64,000 nucleotides of DNA from a virus (lineage: Duplodnaviria; Caudoviricetes), in IMG/VR virus record IMGVR_UViG_3300001580_001418, positions 30,081-94,080 of that record; one strand, written 5' to 3'. Of this stretch, positions 18,580 to 27,649 are shown in pieces (positions within the stretch are counted from its first letter, which is position 1; each line of letters begins with the position of its first letter). Both the position numbers and the translations under genes were made by a program. Below the pieces are notes generated by a model. The model was given only the letters and a program-made list of their open reading frames with translations. It did no database searches and was not told where the DNA came from.

Positions 18580-19617
18580 TTACATAAACGCAAACCTTTT
18601 GATTCCAATCTTTATTTCATCGATAATTTTATCGGTATCCGATTTCCTCAAACAGTCCACCGTACCTTTACACCGGGTCTGTCGTCCGAAGCAAGACTCA
18701 CAGCCAACCATCTCTGCCAGGTCGATCGAGTGATAATTTCTATGGTGAGCCATCTTCTCTTTGGCCCTCGTATGTCCAAACATGGCAATAATCGGAGTCT
18801 TCGTGCAGTGGGCAATCCATAAGGCACCACTATCCATCGTTATGGCAACGTCAGCACCATCTATAAGTGCAGCAGCCTCATGGAAGGTCGTCTGTCCGGC
18901 AAGATTGCAAATACCTTTTACTTTAATGTCTTGCTTGAAATTGTGGACCATAATCACCGAACAAACCTTCGATAGTTCGTCGGCTATCCTTATTACCTTC
19001 TCGAAAGGAAAGCTATTAAACCACATCGCTCCAGATAACTGCATAACAGCGACAGGCCTTCCATTTTCCCTACGCGTCTCAACGATCGTTTTCGCCCAGT
19101 TTTTTTCGACATCACTGTACGGGAGCGAGAAGATTGGTTCCTTCGGAACAGGCCAACCGACAAAATCGCAGTTAATATCCAGTCTGTGTTTATAGCTATA
19201 AGCGTTCCCAGCATGGTCCTTTTCAACAACTCCATCCAGGTAATATCCGACATCATAACGCTGAAACTGGACGCTATTTTTCCCGATCGATTTAACCAAA
19301 TCCCAATACTTAAAAAGGCTTAAAAACCCATCAGCGGTAGCAAACACCACCTTGCTCTCCGGATAGGCTTCCTTCAACGAATTGATAAGGGGAGTTAAAA
19401 CGAGGATGTCACCGAGCGCGTAGGTTCTCCACAGGCAAATACTGGCATCTGGATTCCGCCGCATGAATTCGTCAAGGCGTACCCCATCGGAAAGGCTCGG
19501 CAGATGAATGGATGCCACCGCCTCATCGTCAAAGCAAAAACGTGGAAACACGGTTACCGGCTCCATGCTTGGGAACCGATAAAATACTTCTACTACTTTC
19601 GACGTATTGAATCTCAT
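18580..19617 (-). CDS. GT9-family (heptosyltransferase-like) glycosyltransferase
   Basis: RTYALGDILVLTPLINSLKEAYP...AAALIDGADVAITMDSGALWIAH...IAMFGHT...CESC..C...C; ATG 19617 with GGAGG. Confidence 0.88.
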   Translation of the reverse strand: MRFNTSKVVEVFYRFPSMEPVTVFPRFCFDDEAVASIHLPSLSDGVRLDEFMRRNPDASICLWRTYALGDILVLTPLINSLKEAYPESKVVFATADGFLSLFKYWDLVKSIGKNSVQFQRYDVGYYLDGVVEKDHAGNAYSYKHRLDINCDFVGWPVPKEPIFSLPYSDVEKNWAKTIVETRRENGRPVAVMQLSGAMWFNSFPFEKVIRIADELSKVCSVIMVHNFKQDIKVKGICNLAGQTTFHEAAALIDGADVAITMDSGALWIAHCTKTPIIAMFGHTRAKEKMAHHRNYHSIDLAEMVGCESCFGRQTRCKGTVDCLRKSDTDKIIDEIKIGIKRFAFM

Positions 19618-19633
19618 CGTTACCTCCGCACTC

Positions 19634-19688
19634 AAAATAAGGAAGCAGGGCGAGCTGCAATCTAATTGCAACCTACAGCCCACCCTGC
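19634..19688 (-). terminator. Intrinsic terminator after the capsid gene
   Basis: GCAGGGTGGGCTG...CAGCTCGCCCTGC hairpin followed by TTCCTTATTTT on the minus strand. Confidence 0.6.
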
Positions 19689-19702
19689 TCGGGGGGATTA
19701 TC

Positions 19703-20824
19703 TTACGATGAGCTCAATGTCACTGTTGCAAAGCAGTCGCCTTGCACACACTTTTTTGCGTACCGGCTCATCATGCCCCTGACAGGCTGCATGGTATTCG
19801 GGTCGATCAGGAGCGGAGTCGTGTACAGCGGTATATACGGAGCATAGACATACCCCGTGTCAAGCCAGGATCCTCCCTTGAACCCAAGGAGCATCTTGTT
19901 GGTCTGATACCAAGGGTGCTTATAAACGACGAACCTATTCTTCAGGACGCCGAATCTGTGGATGCCTACATTGAAAAGCGCATCATCGACCGTCTCTTCG
20001 AGTTTGAAGCCCTCGAGCTTTTCAAGACGGGTGCAGGTGTCCGAATCAGACACGATCCATGTGGCGTTCCGATACCTCTTTTTGAAAATGAGGTTATTCG
20101 CATCGATGATCGCATCATACAGGGTCGCCTTATAGATCTTCGGATCGATGTTGATCCACGGAGCAATAGCGGGCATATTGATGTTCCAGTTCACGTTCCC
20201 AGCGCTCGCATTCAAGGTCATGTCGTCGATGATGATCATATCGACTTCTCTGATGATTTCATCGCCAGTCACTGCCATCAGCTCGCTCTCGGCATCGAGT
20301 CCATGATAAGCTCGGAGATCCTGCTGGGCCTCAATCGTCCACTTTGCCTTCAGGGCCTTTTCTTCAGCGCTGATGTCAACGCTCGAAATGTGAAAATTAA
20401 TTTCAGCAATATCGCCAGTCTCAGGCGTCCTGTCAGCGTAGTTCTTTGCAAGGGCACCTGCCTGATCAAGGCGATCGTCAACAGCGATGCTCCCCTTTGC
20501 AGTCCCATACCTGAAATCCAAGAAGAAAGCCTTTCCGGTCGGTTGGGACATCGGCTGCACAGAACAAAGATTCTGAGCGATCAACTTCGGGAAGATCCGC
20601 CGAACCAATGGAAATGCAAACGTCGGGAACGCACCAACATTGGTGATCTGCGAAGTCTCCTGCAAATAATTCAGATACCATTCCATGTTCTCCAAGAGAA
20701 CCTCGGTCTGCAGACGTTTCTGCTTTCCAAGGGGAGACCCATCCTCAATGCCCTCGGTAAGATAAGCCCACTTCTTGGTCCTCTCAGCGTTTTCCTCGAT
20801 CAAATACTTCATTTTGGGGTCCAT
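19703..20824 (-). CDS. Major capsid protein, T4 gp23-like family
   Basis: FPLVRRIFPKLIA..LCSVQPMSQPTGKAF.LDFRY; LKAKWTIEAQQDLRAYHGLDAESEL; GYVYAPYIPL; RGMMSRYA; true start ATG 20824. Confidence 0.95.
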   Translation of the reverse strand: MDPKMKYLIEENAERTKKWAYLTEGIEDGSPLGKQKRLQTEVLLENMEWYLNYLQETSQITNVGAFPTFAFPLVRRIFPKLIAQNLCSVQPMSQPTGKAFFLDFRYGTAKGSIAVDDRLDQAGALAKNYADRTPETGDIAEINFHISSVDISAEEKALKAKWTIEAQQDLRAYHGLDAESELMAVTGDEIIREVDMIIIDDMTLNASAGNVNWNINMPAIAPWINIDPKIYKATLYDAIIDANNLIFKKRYRNATWIVSDSDTCTRLEKLEGFKLEETVDDALFNVGIHRFGVLKNRFVVYKHPWYQTNKMLLGFKGGSWLDTGYVYAPYIPLYTTPLLIDPNTMQPVRGMMSRYAKKCVQGDCFATVTLSSS

Positions 20825-20857
20825 ATTCGAAATTCCTCCTTTCAAGTGTGTTTTGTT

Positions 20858-20871
20858 TACGCATTTGCGTC
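20858..20871. promoter_or_regulatory. Type-A operator-like palindrome TACGCATTTGCGTC
   Basis: 1 mismatch; upstream of the capsid RBS. Confidence 0.65.
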
Positions 20872-20885
20872 CGTTCTGAAAAAAC

Positions 20886-20927
20886 AAAAAGCCTGAGCAA
20901 TCCCCCATTGGGGACTTTCCCAGGCTT
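20886..20927 (-). terminator. Terminator-like hairpin between protease and capsid genes
   Basis: AGCCTGGG.AAGTCCCC AATG GGGGATT.CTCAGGCT followed by T-tract. Confidence 0.6.
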
Positions 20928-20964
20928 CTCACCGTCGTCTTCGCCTGTTAAACTTCCTTAAAGC

Positions 20965-22305
20965 TTATGCAGTGCCGGCAGCAGTCTTTTTCCGAGCGAC
21001 ATCTTCAGGAACACCAGCGATCTGTCTCTCTCGGATTTTCTTCGCATCCATTTCGGCATCATGCTTATCCTCGTCCAGAACCTCACCCTTTCCCTTCGGC
21101 TTCTCTTTCTTGGGGTCCAATTCCTCAACGAGTTTCTGGATCCGTCCCTCTTCTGCAACAACCTTCTTGTCTACTTCGTCAACGGTCTTGCAATCGGCAA
21201 GGGCTTCCACAAGAAGCTTCTCGTGCTTCTTGCCAGCAGTCACTTCCAGGATCCTCTTCTGAACCTTCTCCTTCTCAGTAACCGATTTCTTCTCGTTCTC
21301 CATCTGCTCTTTCAGGGCCTTGTTCTCGGTTTCAAGACCAGACACTTTCCCTTCGAGTTCGCCCATCCTCTCCGCTATTCCTTCTTCCTCATCACTCTCC
21401 AATGCCCCCTCGGGCATATAGGGCTTAATCAGTTTCCCGATTTCGACGAAGGTTCCCATCATCCCCTGAAATTCCTCAGAATTCTTCACTTCCTCGATCA
21501 CCTCTTTCTTGACCTCTTCCTTCTTTGCCTCAACTTCCTTCAAAATCCTGGCATCGAAGTCTTTCTGCATCGTCTCGCGAATCTCCTTCTCCTTCTTCTC
21601 CACAGATTCCTTGACGAGCTGCTCACAAAGGTCAGGATAAGCCTTCCTCAACTCCTCAATGTTTTTAATTTCCATACTCGATGAACCTCCTTTCGTTTTT
21701 TGTGTTTCGCAGATTTCCTGCTTGCAGCCATCACATGGACCGCATTCTAAAATGTTTACCACTTCCACTTGCTCAGTAACTTGAGTGACCACGGCATCTT
21801 TCGTCGACTGCCCAATCACAAAATCAAACGTCTTGAGCGTCAAATCCTCTTGAACAATGTCCGCCATCTTCCCTTGCCAGTTGCCCTTTAGAACAGAACC
21901 AAAGGCTCTACTCGAAAGTCCAATCCTGCCACCAGCTCGAATAATCTCCTGCAAATTTTTTCCGCCAGGCTCAGTATTTAAAACGGTCGCCTCTCCAAAA
22001 TAAACCTTTCTCCCCTCAAGGACCTGCTTCTCAATCCCGGTCAGCATGGCAGCGGTATTCTTGATCGTTGATTTCCCATCTCCTGGATGATCAGCTTCAC
22101 CATAAACGCTATTCTCCGCCATCATAGGTTTCAGCTTCTCTATTTCGCGGTCAAGAATATGCTCACGATACACACGACCGTTACCATTTATTTCGTCTGC
22201 AACCGTAAAAATTCCTTTCACTCGCATCCTGCCACCATTCTTTGCAGAAGCCTCTTCGAGAATGGTAAAGGCAACCGGCATCGTCTCGATCAATAGTTCT
22301 TTCAC
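20965..22305 (-). CDS. Prohead protease (T4 gp21/U9-like) fused to coiled-coil scaffold
   Basis: GIFTVADEINGNGRVY, GEADHP, IGLSSRAFGS, TFDFV; Glu/Lys-rich C-terminal half; GTG 22305 with AGGAGGTG. Confidence 0.92.
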   Translation of the reverse strand: MKELLIETMPVAFTILEEASAKNGGRMRVKGIFTVADEINGNGRVYREHILDREIEKLKPMMAENSVYGEADHPGDGKSTIKNTAAMLTGIEKQVLEGRKVYFGEATVLNTEPGGKNLQEIIRAGGRIGLSSRAFGSVLKGNWQGKMADIVQEDLTLKTFDFVIGQSTKDAVVTQVTEQVEVVNILECGPCDGCKQEICETQKTKGGSSSMEIKNIEELRKAYPDLCEQLVKESVEKKEKEIRETMQKDFDARILKEVEAKKEEVKKEVIEEVKNSEEFQGMMGTFVEIGKLIKPYMPEGALESDEEEGIAERMGELEGKVSGLETENKALKEQMENEKKSVTEKEKVQKRILEVTAGKKHEKLLVEALADCKTVDEVDKKVVAEEGRIQKLVEELDPKKEKPKGKGEVLDEDKHDAEMDAKKIRERQIAGVPEDVARKKTAAGTA

Positions 22306-22350
22306 CCTCTCACCTCCTTTCTGTAAGCGTAACCACAAGACAAAACACTT

Positions 22351-22836
22351 TTAAAAAGCCAGCCCAATCGCTATACCAGCAATCACTGTGATTACCAGGC
22401 CAACCTTTTCCCAAAACACCTTTTTGTCCAACTGCTTCCGAAGCTTCTCATTCTGTTCGGAATATCGATCAGCCAACTTCTCCTCTGCCCTTGCCATCTC
22501 TTGGTAAAACTCCGCCCGCTCAACCTGGATCTTCCGTCTCTCCTCGCTAATCTCCAGAAGCGAATCCTTCATCTTTAGCTGTTCCTTGAGATTCGTTACC
22601 TCTTCTCTTAGATCGGCGTTCTCTTTTCGCAATAACGGAGCCTCTTTCCATGTTTGAAAGACCTCACCAGAGTCGCGCTGATCAGTCCAAACCCCATACT
22701 CAACGGGGCTTGGGCTTGGGGCAGACAGTGGCTGACTTGATGCCACTCTTGCGAAACTCAGTAACAATGCCATCAACAGAATCGGGAATAGTAATAGCTT
22801 CCCTCTCCTTCTTGTATTGGGCAATCCTCGTTTCAA
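22351..22836 (-). CDS. Spanin-like membrane coiled-coil protein
   Basis: N-terminal hydrophobic signal, coiled coil, C-terminal TM; overlaps the previous gene. Confidence 0.5.
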   Translation of the reverse strand: MKRGLPNTRRRGKLLLFPILLMALLLSFARVASSQPLSAPSPSPVEYGVWTDQRDSGEVFQTWKEAPLLRKENADLREEVTNLKEQLKMKDSLLEISEERRKIQVERAEFYQEMARAEEKLADRYSEQNEKLRKQLDKKVFWEKVGLVITVIAGIAIGLAF

Positions 22837-23098
22837 GGATACTGACCTCCTTCTGTTTCTTTTTTAGCCTATCGTTCAGGCTATTGATTTGATCCTCATA
22901 ATCTTTCTCTTTGGTTTGCCATATCGTCTCAAGCGAATCACGTTCACCCATTAATTGCTGAACGGTTGCCTTAGCCTCTTCCAGCTTTTTGTCAAGCTCT
23001 CTCGCGGACGCCCCACGACTCCAGACGTAATACCCGCCACCAACCAAAGTGCATACTATCACCACACCAATTATTACTTTCCACTTAAGAGGTATCAC
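22700..23098 (-). CDS. i-spanin (Rz)-like protein
   Basis: N-terminal TM plus coiled coil, downstream of endolysin. Confidence 0.6.
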   Translation of the reverse strand: MIPLKWKVIIGVVIVCTLVGGGYYVWSRGASARELDKKLEEAKATVQQLMGERDSLETIWQTKEKDYEDQINSLNDRLKKKQKEVSILETRIAQYKKEREAITIPDSVDGIVTEFRKSGIKSATVCPKPKPR

Positions 23099-23226
23099 TG
23101 TCCCTCCGTTTTCTTGTGGGCAATCTTATCCCACAGCTTTCCAAATAAAACCTTGAGCTGCTCTTTGTATTTATGCGCATATGCACCAGCAGCAAACGAA
23201 ACCACAATGATCACAATCGTCCTCAT
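23095..23226 (-). CDS. Small membrane protein (43 aa) in lysis cassette
   Basis: MRTIVIIVVSFAAGAYAHKYKEQLKVLFGKLWDKIAHKKTEGQ; translationally coupled on both sides. Confidence 0.55.
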   Translation of the reverse strand: MRTIVIIVVSFAAGAYAHKYKEQLKVLFGKLWDKIAHKKTEGQ

Positions 23227-23873
23227 ACGAATCCTCCTCCCTTGTAAAGCGGGACCCATCGATCAAGAATTTTTTCCACGTAATCCCTATTCTCTTCGAT
23301 CGCCCACGAAGCCCTTTTTGAAAAATGTTCGACATTGCAGATCCAACGTCCCCCGTCCTTTCCGTTTAAAACGGCCAGATCTTTATCCTTCAGAACCCAA
23401 CCATATCCACCGTTATAACCTGACAGCGAAAATCTCCAGCGATTATCGTCATCACGAGCAAACGAACAGCGATCGTGGAGCCACTTATCGTATTTGACCA
23501 GTGCCCGGATGGCCCACCTCACATCAAGCGGATTGTTATCCCCAAGGTCTGCCGGATATAATCGTGAAATCCAATCCGCCGTATCAGGCGTAAATTGAGC
23601 CAAACCTGATGCATAAACGCTCTTGGCATCTGGATTCCAACTGCTCTCCTGATGAATCTGCGCATAGAAAACTGTTCCATCTTGATCCAACCCCCAATGA
23701 TAGTTAACTTCAGCTCGTACCGTTCGCTTCAGGCGATACGCCAATGCCGGAATTCTCGGATCTCGAATTTCAATTGCTGGCTCAACCTTCGGAGTCGCCA
23801 CTTCCGGCGTCTCAATGGCAGGCTTACTACACCCCCAATAAAACACCAAGAATAACAGCGGCCATAACCGCAC
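23223..23873 (-). CDS. Endolysin, lytic transglycosylase (SLT) family, with N-terminal hydrophobic segment
   Basis: AQIHQESSWNPDAKS..ASGLAQFTPDTA...SGYNGGYG...ENRDYV; start uncertain (GTG 23873 proposed). Confidence 0.88.
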   Translation of the reverse strand: MRLWPLLFLVFYWGCSKPAIETPEVATPKVEPAIEIRDPRIPALAYRLKRTVRAEVNYHWGLDQDGTVFYAQIHQESSWNPDAKSVYASGLAQFTPDTADWISRLYPADLGDNNPLDVRWAIRALVKYDKWLHDRCSFARDDDNRWRFSLSGYNGGYGWVLKDKDLAVLNGKDGGRWICNVEHFSKRASWAIEENRDYVEKILDRWVPLYKGGGFV

Positions 23874-24150
23874 CCCGAAGGATGCACGCACCAATAAACT
23901 TTTGAGCATCAGGCACCTCATTCTTCTTATCCTCCGCAAGCAGAGCCGAGAGACTCATGTACGGGTACAGGGCCTTCACAACGATATGCCCAATCACTGC
24001 TCCAGCGATCCCCAGCATCAACTTATACAATGCAAGTCTGGCCGTACTCTGCGGTGCAGCGACAAACTGGAAAAGCAGGTAGAGCACCACCGTCAGAACG
24101 ATCAACCACTTCACAGTCAAAAAAGCCCTGACAATCGCATACTTCTTCAC
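23827..24150 (-). CDS. Holin (3 TM)
   Basis: Three hydrophobic segments, directly upstream of endolysin. Confidence 0.75.
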   Translation of the reverse strand: MKKYAIVRAFLTVKWLIVLTVVLYLLFQFVAAPQSTARLALYKLMLGIAGAVIGHIVVKALYPYMSLSALLAEDKKNEVPDAQKFIGACILRGAVMAAVILGVLLGV

Positions 24151-24275
24151 TCGCCACCACCCCCCATCTCCATATCGTAGGATTCTTTACAATCGGCTTT
24201 TATTGACTTCTTCTCGCTGTCGGTAAATTCCTCAGAATCGTCAACCATTTTGAGAATGTCATCTAAAATGCTCAT
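24147..24275 (-). CDS. Small acidic protein (42 aa)
   Basis: RBS GGAGGT, MSILDDILKMVDDSEEFTDSEKKSIKADCKESYDMEMGGGGE; GTGA-coupled to holin. Confidence 0.55.
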   Translation of the reverse strand: MSILDDILKMVDDSEEFTDSEKKSIKADCKESYDMEMGGGGE

Positions 24276-24278
24276 CTC

Positions 24279-25001
24279 TTACCTCCCCACTGGTCTTGCG
24301 GCAGTCTTAACCGCCGTGAGACCGGCACCAACGACCTGCGAACCCGCACCTTTTGCGGAACCCACGGCCTTACTTCCGCTTGCCTTTATTTGGCTGAACA
24401 CCGCATTCGCCCTCGCTTGCAAACTGATTGCAACGTGCATGGCAGCTCGAGATTCTTTCCCGGTAGAACCCTTCGCCTTGTTAACAGCAGCCCTTCTCAT
24501 TCCTTCAAGGGCACCGATCTTCTTGTTGGCTGAGAGTCCATTTGCGTCCAGCTTTCCCTGCTGAGCCTTCGGTATGTACGACTCGTTATACTTCTGGATA
24601 CCATGTTTCAAGACTTGCGTCTTATTGGCACCGCTCAGCTTACTATAATTTGCCGTGTCCAGCTTTCCTCGAGCATTATAGAATTCCCTTGCGTGAATCT
24701 TTTCGCCACCAACAGTGACCTTGTGGGCAGAGATGCCGGAACCACCGACACGTTCTTTACGAAACTTTTCCCAAAACTTTTTTTCGTTCGAAGTCATCGC
24801 ACGAGCCTTGGGAAGCTCGCCCCAACCTTTTCCTGTTGTCTTACCACTTTTGGCAGCACCACTCTTTCTACCACCGCCCAGCGAACCGCCCCTCATCCCC
24901 GGTCTTCCCTTGTGGCCCCAATTCCCACTTCCGGCGCCGCCTTCAAAGAGCCTCACCTTAACCTCAGAGACAATGCTCTTTACAAATTCCTGGTTGATCA
25001 T
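24279..25001 (-). CDS. Tagged basic protein (putative capsid-internal cargo 4)
   Basis: RLFE-GGAGSGNWGHKGRPGMRGGSL tag; Lys/Ala/Gly-rich. Confidence 0.7.
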   Translation of the reverse strand: MINQEFVKSIVSEVKVRLFEGGAGSGNWGHKGRPGMRGGSLGGGRKSGAAKSGKTTGKGWGELPKARAMTSNEKKFWEKFRKERVGGSGISAHKVTVGGEKIHAREFYNARGKLDTANYSKLSGANKTQVLKHGIQKYNESYIPKAQQGKLDANGLSANKKIGALEGMRRAAVNKAKGSTGKESRAAMHVAISLQARANAVFSQIKASGSKAVGSAKGAGSQVVGAGLTAVKTAARPVGR

Positions 25002-25015
25002 CTCTTATCTCCTTT

Positions 25016-25693
25016 TCAGTCAAAGAACAGCCGGCCCTTAATATCTTCAGCCCACTCTTTCGCAAGGAATTTGACTTGCTTCTCGAGCTCCCTACCCGTC
25101 GAAAGCCTTACTTCGTCGCCTACGACCGAATACGGAACCTCAAAATACTTCCCGTCGTCAGTCGAGACAAAAATCTTTTTTGGAAATGTGGACACAATAT
25201 CAGGATACTTCCCATAAAGCTGGCTATCCTTCAGGGCAGCATAAAGCTTGTCACGCAGATCCTCAAAGCTTCCCTTTATCCCACGAAGGCCATTACCTCC
25301 GACCGCAACAACTTCACCTTTTTGCTCTCCTATACCCATCTTTCTCCTCCTTTTCGACATCACTGACCCCCAACATTTTTCAGTCACTCTTGGGGCAATA
25401 TTGGCAATCATCGAAGTCTCCTTCACCTCTTTTTTTTCAGCCTTCCCGGGCTTAAACAGAATCGGCTTAATCTTATGCTTCTTGAGCCATGCCTTCGCCT
25501 GATCAACCGTGAACTTGTCCATCTCGAAACGATACGTCTGCGCAGTCATCGGACCATTGGGTCCATCTTTCTTCAACTTTCCGGTAATCAGATTAATCCC
25601 TGGCTTAATCTCGATCGTGGCCCACATGTCTTTGCCATCAAGAAACTCACCTGGATCCTTCACCCTGCCACTATGCCAATTTGCCAGAGGCAT
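25016..25693 (-). CDS. Head-associated hypothetical protein
   Basis: MPLANWHSGRVKDP...QTYRF....FT.DQAKAWLKKH; C-terminal GSFEDLRDKL...YFEVPYSVVGDEV; head module context. Confidence 0.6.
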   Translation of the reverse strand: MPLANWHSGRVKDPGEFLDGKDMWATIEIKPGINLITGKLKKDGPNGPMTAQTYRFEMDKFTVDQAKAWLKKHKIKPILFKPGKAEKKEVKETSMIANIAPRVTEKCWGSVMSKRRRKMGIGEQKGEVVAVGGNGLRGIKGSFEDLRDKLYAALKDSQLYGKYPDIVSTFPKKIFVSTDDGKYFEVPYSVVGDEVRLSTGRELEKQVKFLAKEWAEDIKGRLFFD

Positions 25694-25901
25694 TTTCCTC
25701 ACCCCCAAAATTGAACATTGCCTTCACCTCTAAGGGTTCGCACCACAACTCGAACTTCATCCTGCCAATAATCCCGTCATAAAGAGGCAACGTAATGTTT
25801 CCTTGCGCTCCACCTTCTGCAAGCTTTCGAATCGCAGCCAACGTCTCATCCAGAATCTGTTTCTTCTCTTCGGGTGTTTTATGCTCTTTCCTGAAGCCCA
25901 T
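25671..25901 (-). CDS. Small hypothetical protein
   Basis: RBS GGAGG; follows cargo 3. Confidence 0.55.
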   Translation of the reverse strand: MGFRKEHKTPEEKKQILDETLAAIRKLAEGGAQGNITLPLYDGIIGRMKFELWCEPLEVKAMFNFGGEENASGKLA

Positions 25902-25915
25902 TTTAGCCCTCCACC

Positions 25916-26248
25916 TTACCGATAAATTTTGCTAACAAGCTTTCGTCCCACAAAAATATTAACCAACCTCTTCAATATCTTTATTGGATTACCGGACGCA
26001 GCAACCTCAACATTTCGCATAGTCCGCGCAGCTCTCCAGAGCTTTCCGCTAAGCTTTGGAATCCGGATGCTTCCCCTCTCCCCTTTAAGAATTGCCCGGG
26101 CTATCGATCTACCCTTAGTCGGCAGGCTGCCTCCTCTTCTCCCCGGTCTTCCCTTGTGGCCCCAATTCCCACTTCCGGCGCCGCCTTCGAAAAGGTCTGC
26201 TAAAACACCAGAAGAAATATCTTTCACAATTGCGTAATTTTCAGACAT
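25916..26248 (-). CDS. Tagged Arg-rich protein (putative capsid-internal cargo 3)
   Basis: DLFE-GGAGSGNWGHKGRPGRRGGSL tag. Confidence 0.7.
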   Translation of the reverse strand: MSENYAIVKDISSGVLADLFEGGAGSGNWGHKGRPGRRGGSLPTKGRSIARAILKGERGSIRIPKLSGKLWRAARTMRNVEVAASGNPIKILKRLVNIFVGRKLVSKIYR

Positions 26249-26258
26249 AAAAATACCT

Positions 26259-26528
26259 CTACACGATCATCACGTCAGACGCGCGGAGATAAGGATTGTC
26301 ATAGCGAAACTTCAGCATCGATAAGAACTTCTCCCCATCCTTCGGGTAAAACTTCTTCACCTTTGGTTTCGTATAATCCTTAATGCCGTATTCAGTCAGT
26401 TCGTCAAGGATCTGCTTCGGCGTTTCACCAACCGCAATCATTTTCTTACCATTCCAAACAATCGACCCTACTGCTGTGTCCCTGTCACTCTTAAAGTCGT
26501 ACCCGTAGAAAACAACCTTTGCAGCCAT
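26259..26528 (-). CDS. Small protein, candidate kinase immunity factor
   Basis: Overlaps the 3' end of the kinase gene; RBS GGAGGG. Confidence 0.55.
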   Translation of the reverse strand: MAAKVVFYGYDFKSDRDTAVGSIVWNGKKMIAVGETPKQILDELTEYGIKDYTKPKVKKFYPKDGEKFLSMLKFRYDNPYLRASDVMIV

Positions 26529-27649
26529 CCTAATCCCTCCACTAAACCCTTCACTTTGTCCGGCGTATAGCCATGCTTTTCAGTCCATGGCTTGTGCCAC
26601 TCAAATCGTTCCTTCGGAAAATATTTCATGTTTACCAATTCGGCGGCTCTATCAAACGTCTTTTTCGCAAAAGACGGGTTACTCATCATCGAAGCCAGTC
26701 TCTTCTCGAGAGCCGGCCTATTCGAAAGCAATCTCTTGACGGCAGCTTTAACTTCCATCGGAATGGGCCTATCTTCCACCATCGGAATCGTTGACGATAC
26801 GATCTTATCAGACTTCCAGAACGTCAGCGCATTATCGATTGCCCACGTCTTACCGTTCTTGTCAACAACGTAATTCCCTGGATGCCTGTCTTGGTTTCCG
26901 ATGATAAAATCGAAAGCAGTGATCTTCGCCATATCGACATACTTAAACTTTCCACCCGCAGCAATATGCTTTGACCCAATCTGTCCTTCAACAAAGTGCA
27001 TCACACTGCCTTTCTCTTTCCCTTTGCCCCTTCCAACATCCACCTCTCTGTAAACAACAGGCGGAACAACACCAAAGCCAAGCATCTTGTCGAACTCGTA
27101 CGCAGCTACTTCCTTCCGCGCTCTGTTGTCCATCGTCTTAAAAACACCCTTACGTCCATCCACGTTCATGACAAAGGTCGGTGTGACTCCTCCGCCAAGA
27201 CTTTTCACGTTTGAAATAACACCAGTCGTAAGATCCTTCTGCACTTTCATCTGGATCTCAGTCTTAAGCCCTACAGATGAAGCCACGCTGCTGGCATTCA
27301 AGCCAACCTTCGTTGATGCAACCGCGCTACCACTACTCAGTCCAGCCTTCGTTAATGCCCTCTGGTATCGTCCTTCTGGCTGACCAGGATACTTGCTCTT
27401 AATATACGAGAGCGCCTGAGCAGAATCACCGATACCTTTACTCTTGATCTTCGTTGCCATTTCACGCGAATAAACTCGTTTCTCTCCGCCAACAACGTGA
27501 GCAGAAATTCCACCACTACCGCCACCACCACCCAACGAACCACCTTTCATTCCTGGACGCCCTTTGTGCCCCCAATTGCCTGAGCCTGGACCGCCTTCAA
27601 GAATTTCCGCAGACAAATCCTTTATCAGTGCATATTCAGCCAACAACAT
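26468..27649 (-). CDS. Tagged HipA/PI3-PI4-kinase-like protein (putative cargo 2)
   Basis: EILE-GGPGSGNWGHKGRPGMKGGSL; GVFK, KEVAAY..DKMLGFGVVPP, FDFIIGNQDRHPGN, AIDN kinase motifs; likely start 27649 or 27643. Confidence 0.82.
   Translation of the reverse strand: MLLAEYALIKDLSAEILEGGPGSGNWGHKGRPGMKGGSLGGGGGSGGISAHVVGGEKRVYSREMATKIKSKGIGDSAQALSYIKSKYPGQPEGRYQRALTKAGLSSGSAVASTKVGLNASSVASSVGLKTEIQMKVQKDLTTGVISNVKSLGGGVTPTFVMNVDGRKGVFKTMDNRARKEVAAYEFDKMLGFGVVPPVVYREVDVGRGKGKEKGSVMHFVEGQIGSKHIAAGGKFKYVDMAKITAFDFIIGNQDRHPGNYVVDKNGKTWAIDNALTFWKSDKIVSSTIPMVEDRPIPMEVKAAVKRLLSNRPALEKRLASMMSNPSFAKKTFDRAAELVNMKYFPKERFEWHKPWTEKHGYTPDKVKGLVEGLGWLQRLFSTGTTLRVTGTQQ

Noticed and set aside
19742-20896. 384-aa plus-strand ORF
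   Set aside because: Antisense shadow of the major capsid gene; no recognisable motifs
22318-22331. Type-A operator before the protease gene
   Set aside because: Only the GCGTA half-site matches, so it was not counted
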